The notes beneath the pieces were generated by a model. The model did no database searches, was not told the DNA's origin, and saw only the letters and a list, made by a program, of their open reading frames with translations. This document shows positions 24,713-38,683 of a DNA stretch of 64,000 nt, piece by piece. The position numbers were made by a program, and so were the translations under genes. Every line of letters begins with the position of its first letter. Position 1 is the first letter of the stretch. This DNA is from Calcarisporiella thermophila CBS 279.70 (lineage: Eukaryota; Fungi; Calcarisporiellomycota): contig NW_027192201.1 in the NCBI RefSeq assembly GCF_041956535.1, positions 284,060 to 348,059 on the forward strand, in the 5' to 3' direction.

Positions 24713-27072
24713 TCGCTTGAGCCTATTTTTCCATCTTCTTCTTTCCTCCACGCTTTCCCCTGCTCTATCCAACCCTCTTACGCTTGATTCACTACATTAA
24801 TATCTCGGTTAAATGCAACGTTTAATTTGTTTACTATGACGCTCAGTCTAATGTTCAATATGCTTTGCGCTTGTAATAATAAACTATTATTTATTTCTAC
24901 GCATCCACCTCAGTTCCATAGAAATCCCCATCTACTCTCAACCGTTTAGAAATATGAGAAGTAGAATTCACGTTTTGGAATATGGTACTTGATCTTTACA
25001 GATAAACATAAGTACAGAAGCTCTCACCTTGATCCTTCGATAAGCTTCCCTGTACATCTTTCCACTCATACTCCAATCTCCGAGCTCCAATATTTGTTGA
25101 GATTTGGATTTGTTTTGGGTACACAATTGAGTTTTCGCAAAAGCGTGGAAGCCCTTTGTCAAAACTCAACTTTAGCACCATGTCGAGGGTACACGATTGT
25201 AGTCATGGCGGGCAAAGCAAGCAAGCTCATTGCTCTTGAAGAATTGCCTCGACTTCATCCTCATATACTTTAATCCATAAAAAAAATACAATGAAAGTGG
25301 GGTTGCCCATGTGTGCAGTAGATGGCTTGCACTCAAATTCACTGTGGCGCCATGTCGTCATTTCTACATCATGACTCATTGTACCCAAACCTCTGCTCCT
25401 TCCCCACCCTCTCGCGAACTAGGGTAGCGGGCACAGCACCTTCTTTTTTAACATTGGCCTTGTCAAAGAGGGGATAAAAATGCCTCTGTACTACTTCCAC
25501 ATGTATATATACATGTATATGATCCCGTGCAAATTGGCGAGCAATGCAAAGCCATGCTAGGAGGTTTTCCACTAAGCCACTGTGCACACATTAAGTCCCA
25601 AGTCGCTGGCCAAAGGGGTCGAGCCATGTTCTCACTTTCACTTTGTTCGGCATTCGCTGACACGATATCCCTTGAAGTTAGGTCTTTTATTAGCGTTTGG
25701 ATATATCCTATAATGCAGCCATTTCTTCTACCCTTGATCGTATCACGGGAGGGTGTTCCCAGAGTCATTTTGATATTTGTCAATAAACTTGTATGAAATA
25801 AGGGGGGCGAATAAGCATTGTGCATGTCTCTGTTCCAAATGCGGGAAGGCGTTGCTGTGTTAGGCCTGTGTCATCAATGCCTCAGCAAATGAGGCGGCTT
25901 CCGCAATCTTAAGTGGAAAATAGAATTCATTTATTTTCACTTTGCAAGAGCCTAAAGAGGTTTGCTAGAGGTGGAGAGGGGCCAAAATAGAATTGATAAT
26001 GGAACCTGTTTATTCTCGCAGAGTTGCCTCGCTCTGCTCATGTGACTAGATAGAAAGGCCGGTCTCAATTGGCTCCCGGTTCTCTCAAATGCTAATTTTG
26101 CTTATCTGTTTATTAATTGAGTAATAGCTAACAGAATCGACATTCCTGTTTGAGGGAGGTGAGTAAAGAGCCAGAAAACAATCGAAAAAATAGAGCTTCA
26201 TTACGAAGCTTCTTGCATCCATGCAGATTCGGCCAGGCCCGGCCGGGGGAGGGAGGGCCCAGAGGGGCTGGCTTTGGGAGGTTTGAGATGGAGAAGGGGT
26301 TGTTGCGATGTAAACAGACTCGGGTGGTCGATGGTTTTTCTCGACGAGCATGCGGGGGCTGAATACGGTGCAGAGTTTCGATTGAGCCTGGTTGCGTTGG
26401 CCGAGGAGGACTATGGGGGATTTAGGATGTGAGGGACAACGACGCGAGGAAATTCTCATGGCGGTTTCTCGGTGTAATGGCTGCTTCCAGTAGGAGCTTG
26501 AAGTTGCCTCCGTCAGGAAAAGGGTTCCACGCAAGGTGGACACAAACCCACAACAAACCGATGGTTGTGCTGCATAGCATGGTCTTTGGCTGATGCAATG
26601 TGCCTTTTGTGATTTGGATTGTTCCAATAAAAGACCTGTTGAGTTTTTTATGGTTTTTGTGTGGAGGATTTGTTTGTTTTGCTCTCTTCTACTGATCGCT
26701 TCTTGTCACACACCTGATATGGCAACGAGATTTTCTCATACACCGGTTTTTTTTCATTCCACCTCCCAGGCTTTTTTTCCCCCTTTATATCCCTCGTTCC
26801 CGTTCTCGTATTAAAACTTGGACTCTTTACCAAGGACTTGGTTCCCTATTTTCTCTTTTCCCCCATTTTCCCCCCGCCTACCTTCGCCTTCTCTACTCCC
26901 CCATGTGGTGATTCGTGCTGGCGTGCATCTTCATTACATCAGCCTTACTATACCCCCCGCTCTATTTCCCGTGCGTTTTATTTTATTCTATTTCATCAGT
27001 GTCACACGGCAACCCGATGCTCATCTAGACTTGTAAAGCAGACGAGTTGGAAAAGCGTAAAATATATTTACC

Positions 27073-28694
27073 ATGGAGCAATTACGCGGCAATATACCCC
27101 TCCTTATCCAGGAAGTCATCGAGAATGGTAGCACTCTCATTACTTCTCGACCCCCCACTCTAGAAGATGGTCTCCAAACCAAAATAAGGACTTCCGACAC
27201 CATTCCCCCCAATGTTGCGGCGACCACCATTCAGCATGTCGCTGCTCCACCTGAACCTCCTCGACTTTGGTATCTAAGGCCTTCAGACTCGCAGCCATTC
27301 AGCCTTCCCGATCTCTGCGAGGATGATGAAGAAAGTGATGAAGAGGAAGAAGAGGAGGAGGAAGAGGAGTTGGAGGAGGAAATAGAAGAGGAGGAAGAGG
27401 AGGAGGAAATTGAGTTGGAGGTGGATACGCGACTTGATGTTACAGTTTGTGAAGAGGCGGATAGCGACAACGACGAATCACAAATTGACCCATACATGTT
27501 TACTCCGCAGCCCTCGAGGTCACTTATGGCGTCCAGCTTTAAGCCATTGCACCCACTTGCCCCGAATGGCCTTACTGCGATGCCTTTCGAAACTTTTCTC
27601 GAAGACCACCAAGTGGATGACATGGCAGAGCATTATAGACAAAGCCTAGTTGGCAATGAAATGTTAGAGGATAAAGATGGCGATATCGATATTCGAAAGC
27701 GGCCTATTCCCCCATTAGAACGACGCTCTTCTCTACTCACGGAACTCCTAGACGACTACTCATGCAATCTATCGTGGCTCGTAGATTCGCGTAGTTTGCC
27801 CGTCCACCTCAATCACAATGAGTCGTCGCAGCCTGTTGCTGCCAATCCCCAAGAGCTGCTGACCGCGGAGGTAGAGTCAGTCGGAACCTCCGACATCTCC
27901 TCTTTCGTCGACCGGGCACTTCTCGATGATCTTCTCGCACGTCCGGACACCCCTGCTCCGTGGGGTTCCGCCACAACTGTGACTCAGCACCCAAGAGTAA
28001 AGAACCAGCGGCTCGGTGAGGCTGCCAGGGATGAGAAGAGTGACGTGGTGACGGAGGACTTAGTGCCAGAAGAGTATGCCACGGAAAATTGTGTGTTTAC
28101 TCATTCAATTGCAATGTGGATGCAGGCCACCATGCCGGATGATCTGGACGATAAGGAGCATCCCGTAGAAGAGGACGAGGGACTTTCAGACCCTGAGCCC
28201 AGCCCTCGACTTAGCTGGAATCTTCTCATTAGAGAAGTTCTAAAGCCAAATGATCTATTAGAGGCTTTTAATAGGGCGCATTGGAAGGTAATTAGAGTAA
28301 TTCTGTTTGCGATTTTCTTTAAACCATTCGCCTAAATCCTTTCGTACCCCCCCTCCCCATCTCTTCTCCCCAGCCTGACTCGCATTCTTCATGCTGCACT
28401 TTCTGCTTCCGCGACTTTAATTTCCTCCGTCGCCGCCACCACTGTCGAGTATGTGGTGAGATATTCTGTGGACGATGTTCATCCGGGATAGCTCGGTTAG
28501 ATGTGTGCTCGCTCCCAGATACTTCTGGCAAGTCAACTTATTTCGGGCGTGTTTGTATTAATTGCCATCATAACTACAGCCTCGCCGCCCACGACTGGGG
28601 CCGGTATGGATGGCTGATGACTGCAGTGCAGTATAGTCAGCGAGCAATGATGTGGATGACAAGTAAAAATATCATGTCGTATGTTTTGGCCTAA
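27073..28694 (+). CDS. FYVE zinc-finger protein with acidic disordered N-terminus
   Basis: Intron 28288-28373 joins HWK|PDSHSSCCTFCFRDFNFLRRRHHCRVCGEIFCGRCS...GRVCINC, giving canonical WxxD, RRHHCR and RVC motifs; poly-Glu tract near 27320-27410. Confidence 0.9.
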
Positions 28695-29556
28695 AGGAAA
28701 AGGGTGCATCATCTGTCTATCTGGAGGGTTGTGTTATATATAGTGTTTATACGCATTTTCTTTTGTTCCGTTTCTTCTCTTTTTATGCCACCTTTCTTCC
28801 CCCCCGTTTTATGGTTTGCTCTCCTGTGTTTTTATAGGTTTTTTTCCTTTCGTATTAATTTGAGTTTTCCATTAATGTCTATACCAGTAATGTCTAACAT
28901 TTTTTTCTTTCTTCTCTCTTATATCTCTTCTGATATCGCATCTTACTATTTTTCATTCATGATGTTCTTTTCGTATTTGCATGGTTTCTTCATTACTCTT
29001 TCTTGGATATGCATGCTCGTATTTGGCACCATAGCGTATTAACGAAGTAAAAGCAAAATTGAATATTTAATGAATCGTATAGTCTTGCTGTGATTTCCCG
29101 GCTCTTTCCGTATGCTCCCAGCTCACTCTAAATCGATTAGAGTACATATGGTATATATTATTTCCCTTTAAGCTTATGTTGTTGCTTAAGTATATTTCAC
29201 AGCTTAATCATCATCCGTTTTTGACATTAATTTAATCCTTTTTATTAATACCTTGGTTGCCAGCGCCAGTGTTAGGAGTAATTCGATTGCTAACGTCATC
29301 TGGTCTGGTGGAAAAAAAAAATTAAAGCCTTTGTAGAGGAGGATAAAAAAAGGTTTGAATGAAAAAGGCTATCCACACTAATCAACCATTGAGGGAGAGA
29401 GCTCGTTTGTCCTATTGTTTATGTTTTTATCGATCCATTGGATTCATCCTCTTTTTCCCTTTTCTTTTCTACGACTTCTTTTAATTCTTCCTAATTATAC
29501 ATAAAGCCGCGCCTCAAAGGCGGTTTTCGGATTCCAAATTCTCTTCTTGCTCTTCT

Positions 29557-30733
29557 ATGTCATTTCTAGAACAACTCGAAAGTACCTCGTCCGACACCCT
29601 GCAGCAACCGCTTCGTCTTGCTAACCCAACTCCTTTTCATGTGCAAAAGTCTCTTTTACGCCAGAGCCGGGAAAAGATAAATGCTGAATTGAACATGGAG
29701 GACCTTGAAAGGTGCGATTTTGGTGGCGAAGGAATGGATATTACCATGCATTCTTTATCCCATCTTCCAAGCTATGCACCAACAGCGATAGGTGACCATA
29801 GTGGTTCATTTCTGAGTGGTGATGGCGGCGATACCGTGAACATCCCATCCCCAGGCTCTGCAACCCCGATCGGTTCCCCGTCACATATCACCATCTCTTC
29901 CTACGGACATTCTCCATACTCTCCAACCCGCGGCTTCTCATTCGACGCATCTCAGCTTGGGCTTTCGCGAGCCGCTACCATGAATTCAATGCCAACTCGA
30001 CGTCAGACGCTATCAAGTACTAGTGCGGGAGTATTTGGTAGCCCTCCCTCTGCAGAGCTTGGCGGGTTTCAGGCCATGCCCATGCCGATAAACGACAGGT
30101 GGTTAGACAACAGAACTAGTATCCAAGAGCCGGATGCATTCCCCGGGTCAAATGCGAGCTCGCTTGAGATGCCTAGCGGAGAATCGGGCGTGGTGGCAAA
30201 TCTTGGTGACTCAGACGACCCGGAAAACCAGAAGCAGTAAGCAAAAGCGCTTCTGCAGCTCGTTGCATTTATGAGATTAACTGCGGGTGCTTTACTTTCT
30301 TTTTTTCTACTGCCACTACTCTAGAGCCCAGCTCTTTTTCGAGAAAAGGAGACGTCGACGCGAGTCTCACAATGCCGGTACGTGGCCTTTTCTTATCATA
30401 ATTATCCATCGGATATCCTTTACTTTATAGAGTGGTTTATCTCATTAAATTGCTATTTCTCGTTCTATAGTCGAGCGTCGCCGACGGGATAATATTAATG
30501 AGCGAATACAGGAGCTTTCGGCTCTGCTGCCGGATAATTTCCTCGACGGAAAGCCAAACAAAGGGGTGATTCTGAAAAAGAGCGTGGACTACATCCGCAA
30601 CTTGAAGATACAGCTTCAGCAACAAGCCATGCGAAACCGTGAGCTTGAAGCAATGATGCAACGATTTCAGAATCAAAGACAGGACATGAACTCCATGGGC
30701 GACGCAGGTGGCACTTCAGAATGGAGAAAATGA
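29557..30733 (+). CDS. bHLH-ZIP transcription factor (MiT/TFE, Rtg3-like), 3 exons
   Basis: [12 protein letters not shown]|[39 protein letters not shown] followed by a heptad zipper. Confidence 0.9.
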
Positions 30734-31311
30734 ACCCCGTCATCTATTCACCCCGCGCCTTTGTCGGCTTCAACTTTTTTTTCCTCCTTGTGGTATTTGT
30801 TAAATTTTCATGTAATATACATATTCTCGAGGCTGTTGCAAATTTTTCTTACTCTATTCTTTTTTCCTCTTCTGTTTTATTTTCCTTTACATATACTTGG
30901 AATTATTATTTTATTTTGTTCATTTTAGCGTGTATATTAGATAGAAATTGCTTGTTTTATTCTTCTATTGTTATATTATATTTTATTGTATTATTTTAGT
31001 ACCAGAGGAAGGCTTTTCTTTTTTTTAACTTAATTACAATTTTTTATATATATTCTCTTGCTTTGTATAGCTTCTTCTCTTCATCCTTCTGTAGCCACTT
31101 TATTCTATTTCAATGAAGGTCTATATCTATTTTCTTTCTGGGGCGTGCCTCAAGACAGAGACACGAGGTTATATTAGAGGGCGAAAAAAAAAAATGCAAA
31201 AAATACAAAATACAGAAGGACAAAATACAATATCAGGAGTTTATGGGTACAAGGAGGATGGTAATGGAGGGATGGTGGGGGAATATAAAATAGAATTGTA
31301 TAGATAAATGC

Positions 31312-32283
31312 TCAATTATTTTTCTGGACAAGTGTTTGTATTAGTTCTAGCAGTTGCTTCCTCTCTTGGCGCCAATCCTCCTCCTTTTTGAGGCGCTCCT
31401 GGTGCTCCTCTTCCCATCGTTTTTTCCAGTACTCAGCGTCACTAGATTGTCGCGAGGTGGCCGCTGCGGCAGCAGCGGCCGTCGAACTCCCAATAGCATT
31501 GAGGAGACTCACTCGTACAGACTCGAGCTCCTGCCGCACCAGATCGCATGGAACACGATCGTGCCATCGAGAATCGGGCTCGAGATCGCACGAGTGCTCG
31601 TTCTCGGCTGTGTGTTTGCGTTTGGCAGCCGTACTGCTAATTGCATGAGCGGCATTGGCCGTAGGCGGTAGAGGACAGGGGGCGGAAGAGGGCATCAAGG
31701 GAGCGCAGGAGGGGGTAGCCGAGATAAAGGATGAGGGCGTGATGTCTCCAAGACTGTGCGTAGTCTCGGTTGTGTCCTCGCGTAAAGTATGCGTGCCAAT
31801 TGCGGGGCGATCTACCCCACCATCTCTCATCGGCTGCCTCTCCCGGTAGATTCGTCCCGAATCCTCCCTCAGGGTCAGCACCATCGAGACCAATCGCACC
31901 AATTCCTTGTGTTCCTCCTCTGTGGCCGAGCTCCGTTGACGAAGCCCGTGTTCCTTCTTGTAATTGTCAAGCAGTGTCATCGCGCGGTCCCGACAGGTTC
32001 TCCACGTGGTCTCCTTCCCATTCTGCAGATTGATGTTGTTGGAGATCTCCTCCCACTTCTGAAGGATGTTGCCATGCACGGCCGCGTATGGATTTGACGA
32101 CAGTACCTGTTGGAGCAGGATGATGTCGTCGGAGGTGCGAAAACGAACGGCGGTCTTGCGAGTTTTGGGGGGTGTGGGAGTGTCTGCCGCCGCTTGTTCT
32201 GCTGTGCCCTGATGCGAGGATTCCTTGACGGAAGAGGAGGGGCTGTCGGCTAGAGATTGGAGGGCAGAGAATGAGCTGGTCAT
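31312..32283 (-). CDS. Myb/SANT-like (trihelix) DNA-binding protein with C-terminal coiled coil; intronless
   Basis: RFRTSDDIILLQQVLSSNPY..HG...QKWEEIS..TWRTCRDRAMTLLDNYKK..RSSATEEE pattern; C-terminal WEEEHQERLKKEEDWRQERKQLLELIQ. Confidence 0.65.
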   Translation of the reverse strand: MTSSFSALQSLADSPSSSVKESSHQGTAEQAAADTPTPPKTRKTAVRFRTSDDIILLQQVLSSNPYAAVHGNILQKWEEISNNINLQNGKETTWRTCRDRAMTLLDNYKKEHGLRQRSSATEEEHKELVRLVSMVLTLREDSGRIYRERQPMRDGGVDRPAIGTHTLREDTTETTHSLGDITPSSFISATPSCAPLMPSSAPCPLPPTANAAHAISSTAAKRKHTAENEHSCDLEPDSRWHDRVPCDLVRQELESVRVSLLNAIGSSTAAAAAAATSRQSSDAEYWKKRWEEEHQERLKKEEDWRQERKQLLELIQTLVQKNN

Positions 32284-32775
32284 GTCAAACACGGGAGGCC
32301 GGCTAGTCTCTCAGCAGCAGAGGTACCTGAAGCTTGGGAAAAACGCTTTTCAGAAGGGGAAGGGGGGGTGTAAAGAATGTTCAGTTGTACGAAACTTTGA
32401 GGGAAATTAAAGCGATAATATAAATAAAAAAAATAAACAAAAAAGAGGACAGGTGGGAAAATGAAAAATCGATTTATTAGGATGAGTTTGCCAAGAAAAC
32501 AGGGATTAAAATAATATGATAAAGAAGAACGGGAAAAAAAAGGACGTGAACCAAAACATGCGTGAGATGCAATAAAATGATAAACAGAAAACAAAAAGCA
32601 GCATATAATTTCTTATAGGCTCATACGCGTATATTCTATATGAACATAGTATAGAGTCCACTGAATGGAGGAGAGAGGGCCAGACCAGGTGTTACATAGG
32701 ATGAAGAATGGAGAGGGGGAGGAGAGGGTGGGGAAGGAAGCAGGAGGGGGGGATGGAGGGGGGGGAAGCGCAGCA

Positions 32776-35700
32776 TTATAACCTGCCCTGCAAGACGAGC
32801 TCTATGCACAGGTTGATATACTCTTTCTTGGGGGTCATATCCACACCAAAGTACGCGGACACCTCGTCCCGCACCTGCTTCTTGGTGATGGTCATCAAAT
32901 CCGATCCCGACACAATCCGCTTGACTTGCTCCGCGATTTCCGAGTCCGAGGGCACGTGCGGGTGCTCGGGGAGATTGCGCTCGCTGTGCATGGACTGGCT
33001 CGAGGGCCGGAGATTCGAAGTGCTTGGCGGCCGGGCAGGGCTCATGGGTCGGGCGTAGAGGGGCATCGACCCTCGATTGCTCGCGCCCCCGGGATAGTCC
33101 GCATAGGGGGCGCCACGATCCGGCACGCGATCAATGAGGGGAGGGCCGCGCTGATGCAGGGTCTCGCTCCGTACGGAGGGGGCCGCATATCTCCGGCCGT
33201 CCTGCTCATACGCGCCCCGCAGCGACACCCGGGCGCTCGCTTGGTCCCCGATCACCGAGTGGTTCGTTGTATAGTGGCTGCGGGCGTCTGCGTTATCGGC
33301 GACAAACGACCGCGCGGGGCGCACCGATCCCAAGCTGTACCGGGTACCGCTCGAATCGCGCGAGGCAGTGGTGCCAACCTCCCACAACTCCTGCTCGTAG
33401 TCCGACCATTTCTTGGTCGGGATCTGCCGGGGGTCGAACTGCCCCTCGTCCGTGACCACGAACTTGCGCCCCTTTTCGCCAACCACGACGCGGGTGTTGC
33501 CCCACGAGAAGTCGTCAAAGTGCCAGAACGCGTAGAGGGGGATGTAGAAGGAGAAGACGGGGATGGCGAAGATGTAGAAGAACATCCATCCAATATGCTC
33601 CCACTTGCGCCGGATCAAAAAGATGAACGCCTGCAGGCCGTACACCGCGCACAGCATGATGATCGACGCCCAGGGCACGATGGAGGTGGACGTCACCACG
33701 ATGAAGAGCAGGTAGACCAGGTAGATCACCATGGCGGGCATGACCAGCGTCGCGAACAGATCGATAAACACGACGAAGCGCATCGAGAAGCAGCAGAACC
33801 CGCACAGATGGGGCAGGAACATGAGCTCGGCGAGGTTGTGGATGGTAGAGTTGATCCAGCGGCGGCGCTGCGAGAGCAGCACGGACCACCGGTCCGGGGC
33901 GTTGGTTCTGCACTGCGCGTCGGGAATGAACTTGAGCTTGTGGGTCGGGAAATGCTTCATCATCAGGGTGGTCAGGTAGCGATCCTCGCCGAGGTGTAGG
34001 AGATTCTTCTTGTGCAGCGTGTCGACTCGATTCTCGCCGTAGTCCTCGACCATGGCGTTGCTCACGATCAGCGGGATGTTCTTCTCCGTGGTCCGGATGC
34101 GGTACATGCAGAAGCAGCCCGGCAGACAGGTCACGGAGCCAAACAGGGACTCGAACGCTTTGGACAGGTTGTGCGAGATATAGTACTCGTACACCTGGAT
34201 CATCGTCACCCAGCTGTCGCGTTCGTTCGCCAGCATCGTCTCGCCGCAAAGGCCGATGACGCGCGTGTCGTGCATAAAAGTCGATACCAGGCGGTTCAGG
34301 GAGTCGGGCATCACCTCGGTGTCGGCGTCCACCATCAGAATGAACTCGTACATGCTGGGGTTGACCCCGATGACGTTCTTGATCTGGTGGTACATCTCGA
34401 GCTCCAAGGGGGTCATCTCCTTGTTGTAGTGCACCTTGTTCAGGAATCGCATCAAAATCATTTGCGAGTCGCGTTTCCCACGGTTGCCGGGGCGCCGGCG
34501 TTCGGTCACCCGCCCCACCTTCACCACCACCACATAAGGAACCACGTGGCCATTGCACTCGTACAGCCCGGAATAGACCTTGCCCATGTTGTGTTGCTTC
34601 GCGCCTTCTCCCAACGAGATAAAGCTGAGTGGCTCGGGGTCGGTGTTCGGGTCCACCCCCAGAATATCGAGGACAATTCGCGGGGTGGGCCGGTCATTGC
34701 CCGACCCGACAATCATGCCATCGCACACGATCATGAGCAATTTGCGTTTATTGTCGTACTTCATCACGGCCAGCGAGTCGATCGTTTTTCTCAGCGATTC
34801 TTCGCTCTCCGTATAGCAAGGCACTGGAAGTGCAGAAAAAGAAAGGAATCGTTAAATAGACGTAGGAGAGGAGGGAGAGGAGGAGGAGGAGGAGGAGGAG
34901 GAGGAGGAGAAGGGTTGGAACCAACACTAAATTGGTTCAACCTACCTTGACAAATGATAAACCGGTCATGTTCCTCGGGCTCGCGGCGGGCACCCAGCTG
35001 AATGGCTGCCAGGAACTTGAACAAGATCACAGAGCACATGAAGACGGAAATTGCCAGAAGAATGTACTCGCCGAACATGCATTGCAAGGAATTCCGGGTG
35101 TCCACCTTGCCGACAAAGAATAGATTCCGCAGACAAACATACTGCCGCCGTTTGACCTCCGGTTCAAGGGGGAGCGCGTTGAAGTTGTCCGTGATGTCCT
35201 GGCCACCGCGGCCTTGGAAGAGAGCCACGATCGCCGGATGCATAAAGTCCACCGCCACGTTCGGGGGCGGTTGCTGGCCATTGGGCGCCTTGGCCATACG
35301 CCCTCCGGCGATGTAGTCCGACAGGTCGAACACCATGTTGTTCAAGACCGCCCATCGCCGGAACTGGTTGTCGGCCGCATCCTGGATCGATTGCATCGAG
35401 TAGGACATGTACCCCACGCGGAAGTTGCTTCTCAGCATGGTCATCTGGTTCCAGTACCAGTCCTTGCGGTAGTCCTGGGTGAAATAGCGGAAGTCGTGGT
35501 AGCGCGCGATGCTGTTGGTCGAGTTGACGCGGTAGTCAAGGGTGACCGTGGGGTCGACCACGCCCGTGATCCCATCACAGAGCGCGCTCACCTGGAGAGG
35601 GAAGATGCTTGACGCGTCGGTTCCCGCAAACGCCATGATCTCCTTCTGGGGGATCAGGTTGCTTGTCCAATGGTTCGGCGCAAACCGGGTCAAATCGAAA

Positions 35701-38683
35701 ACCTCTCCCCGAATGGCCACGTAGGCCTCCCTCGGGTCCTTGTGTGCCTTCAGTTCATCCGGAGAGAAGACGTTCTGCTTCGGGCAAATGATACGCTCCA
35801 GCCCGATGATGAAGAAGAGCTCCACTCCCATGAGGAAGAAGATGAGGACGCAGAGGGCGACCTTCTCGCGCCATGCCATGCGCATATCCGGGCGGCGCAA
35901 GCCGCACACCGAAAGACAACAGTTGGAGATGGGCCAGGTAAACAGCCACACCAGGAAGAGCCACCGTTTCCGGGCACTCGAGGTCTCCGGCACATCCTCG
36001 ATCATTTCCTCGACCTGCTGCCCATTCGCGTCGGTTTTCTCGTTCCCGTACATCCCCATCTGGATGTTATACTCCGACTCGAACACGGAGTCTCCCTCAT
36101 TAAAGCGCTCGGCAAAATACTCGTCCTCCGATGCATAGTCACACGTCCCCAGATCATCCCCGGACATAAAGGACCGGTTTTGGAAACTGCGGCCATACGG
36201 GTCTGCATTTCAGACGTTAGCACCCTTCTTGCAAATGCCCATCTAAAGCCGCCTCTGTACTTACTCTTCCCCATCTCGGCCCGTTCACTCTTCATTCGCT
36301 GATTATCACTCTTGTCCATCCCACGAATAATATCCTCAAGATCTCGCCAAGCACTCTCTGCCAAGAACACCTGTTTCAAATTACAATTTACATTGCATTA
36401 AAGACACGCCCATTTCACGCATCCGACCACTGAAGGGTGGGGGGGAGCGGAAGGGAGGGAAGGAAGAAAGGAGGAGGAAGTTCTCACCTTGGATATTCCC
36501 ACATCGATTGCATTGGCCGACCATCCAAATTGAGAGCGTAGCGTCTCCACCTTGGATCGAATATCTCGCACCTCAATGTCCAGGGGTTTGAGGACGACGG
36601 CATAGCGCTCGTAGAACTCGGCTAGCGTGTACACGATTGGGTAGTAAATCTTGAGTCGTTGGGTGAGAGTGGTCAGGTTGAGATTGCGGATTTGGGCCTT
36701 GACCAGCTTAGATTCGAACGTGTTTGGCTGGCTGGAGTCGTTTGGCCGCAAACAAAACACGTACCACTGCATAGTGTCGGCAAGGGAGGTGACCAGGTCC
36801 TCGATTGCGTCTCGCACCTGGGTCGTAAGACAAATCATACTTTTGTGGGACTCCTCCGCGTCCAGGTTATTCCGGCTGCGACACGTGGGCTTCCGGAGGG
36901 GAACGCTGAGCTGCTGGGCGTTGATGATCGCGTCCTTGTTACGGGGGTGCGACTGCAGGAAGAGCTGCTTGTTGTCGAACAAGCCCGCAATAAACGAGTT
37001 GGAGGTGGGTTTGATGTCCGTGCCGCCTCGGAACAGGGCCACAAAGTCCGCGCCAAGCGCATCGCTGTTGCGATCGCAAAAGCCGTCCGAGGAGTACACG
37101 ACCTTGCCCATGAAGTGGTTGAGGCCGAAGCTGCGCGCGTGGTTGATATTCTTCGCAATGTACACGTAGGAATCATACGCTTTGCAGGAGCGGTCGAGCG
37201 AGTCCACCAGCCCGGCGTCAGTTCTGCTTTGCTTGTCGACGGGCTCGTGCATGGCTCGGAATAGGCCACGGTTGCACAGGTTGATGAAGTCGGACTCCGG
37301 CGATGGGATGTATTGGACCGAGGTGATGCGCTCCTCGCGGTACTCAGCGTAGTCAAAGACCCGCTTGAGGATGAATTGGTAGAAGCGCTCGTTGGCAAAG
37401 TTGACGCAGAATTGCTCCACGTTGTTCATCGGAACGCTCTGCAACCCGGGAAAGTCGACAAGGCCCATGTAACTGACGAAGTCGTCGCGGCTGAGCTTTG
37501 CGTTCATGTGCTCGAGGATCCACCCGAACAACAGAGAGTAGAGGGCCTTGGCCAAGCCATCGCGCTGCGCCGCCGCCTGCTCTGCATTCAGAAGCATGGT
37601 GATCATGTCTCTTTTGACGACCTGCGTTTTACACGTGAGCACGTTCTCCAACGCGCGCGGGTCGACGCCGAGCATTTCTGAGGCGAAGTTGAGCGTGTCG
37701 AGGTTGCGGATGCGCGCGGCGTCCTGTGAGTTGTTGGCAGTGTCGTAGAACACGATGTTTCCGAGATGCAGGATGGCGGAGAGGAGCTGGTTGATCTGCA
37801 CGATCTGCTTCGTGCGGAAGCCGACCGATTTCATCGCGAGTTTGAGGTTATTCAGGCTGGCGGCATCGTCCACGCTGGGGATACAAATTGTCTTTCCCAT
37901 GCTCGTGTACCGGAAGTGCGACGCGTCGGTGAGGCGATAGTGGTTGCGCTCCTCATTGGAGGCGCCGGCCAGGAGGTAGTAGAACACGTTAAAGTTGCGC
38001 TCATGCTCCGGAACCGAGACGACGCGCGCTTTGTCCAACAAATAGGGGAGGACTCTGGTGCCGATCATGCGTCCGCGCTCATTAAATTGGACCTCAAAGT
38101 ACTTCCCCACCATGGAGCCGTTGTCGTTCTTTGCGGTTTTGGCATGGCCAAACGCCTCGACGACAAACGCGGAATTCACGACCTGGGTTGGAATCTTGGA
38201 CACCTTTTTCTGGTGTGCGCTCAAGGCGGCCAGCTGGAAGATGACATGGTTGAACATCGTCGTCTTTCCACTTGCCACCTCACCACTGCGGTCAGAGCAA
38301 TAGTAATGGGATAGTTTAGTATGGGAATCGTTCAGAAGCAGCTGAATGAGTTTGCATCCTTACCAGAGCACAACTGACTGGTCCAACCCGGTGCGCCGCA
38401 TATGAAAATAGGCGCTCGAGGTGAGCTTGTAGATGTGTGGTGGGAGTGGATCGCGGTCCTTCGCTGTGTTCTTGTACTCAAGCACGTACTCTGCACTGGT
38501 CGCCTCGCTCAGGCATGGCAGCTCTTTGAACGGATTCACGACGATTAAGGCAACATCGCCCAAGGCGGTGAATGTGTGGCCCTGCTGGAATCGCTCCTTG
38601 AGGTTGCCAATGATGTCATCCTCCGCGATGTTTTGCAGCAGGATGAGGTTGGTTTTTGTGTCGCTAGATTTTCGTTTTCCCAT
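32776..38683 (-). CDS. Chitin synthase with N-terminal myosin motor-like domain (class V type), cytochrome b5-like and DEK_C domains
   Basis: [15 protein letters not shown]-loop after splicing, [21 protein letters not shown]; AWREKVAL; [51 protein letters not shown]; [15 protein letters not shown]. Confidence 0.96.
34879..34908 (+). repeat. (GGA)n microsatellite in chitin synthase intron
   Basis: About 10 consecutive GGA units. Confidence 0.9.

Noticed and set aside
24900-27000. Short ORFs between the permease and FYVE gene
   Set aside because: No recognisable motifs or consistent exon chain; likely promoter/UTR.
32926-38314. Many long antisense and alternative-frame ORFs over chitin synthase
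   Set aside because: Expected from high GC3, which depletes stop codons; no independent family signal.
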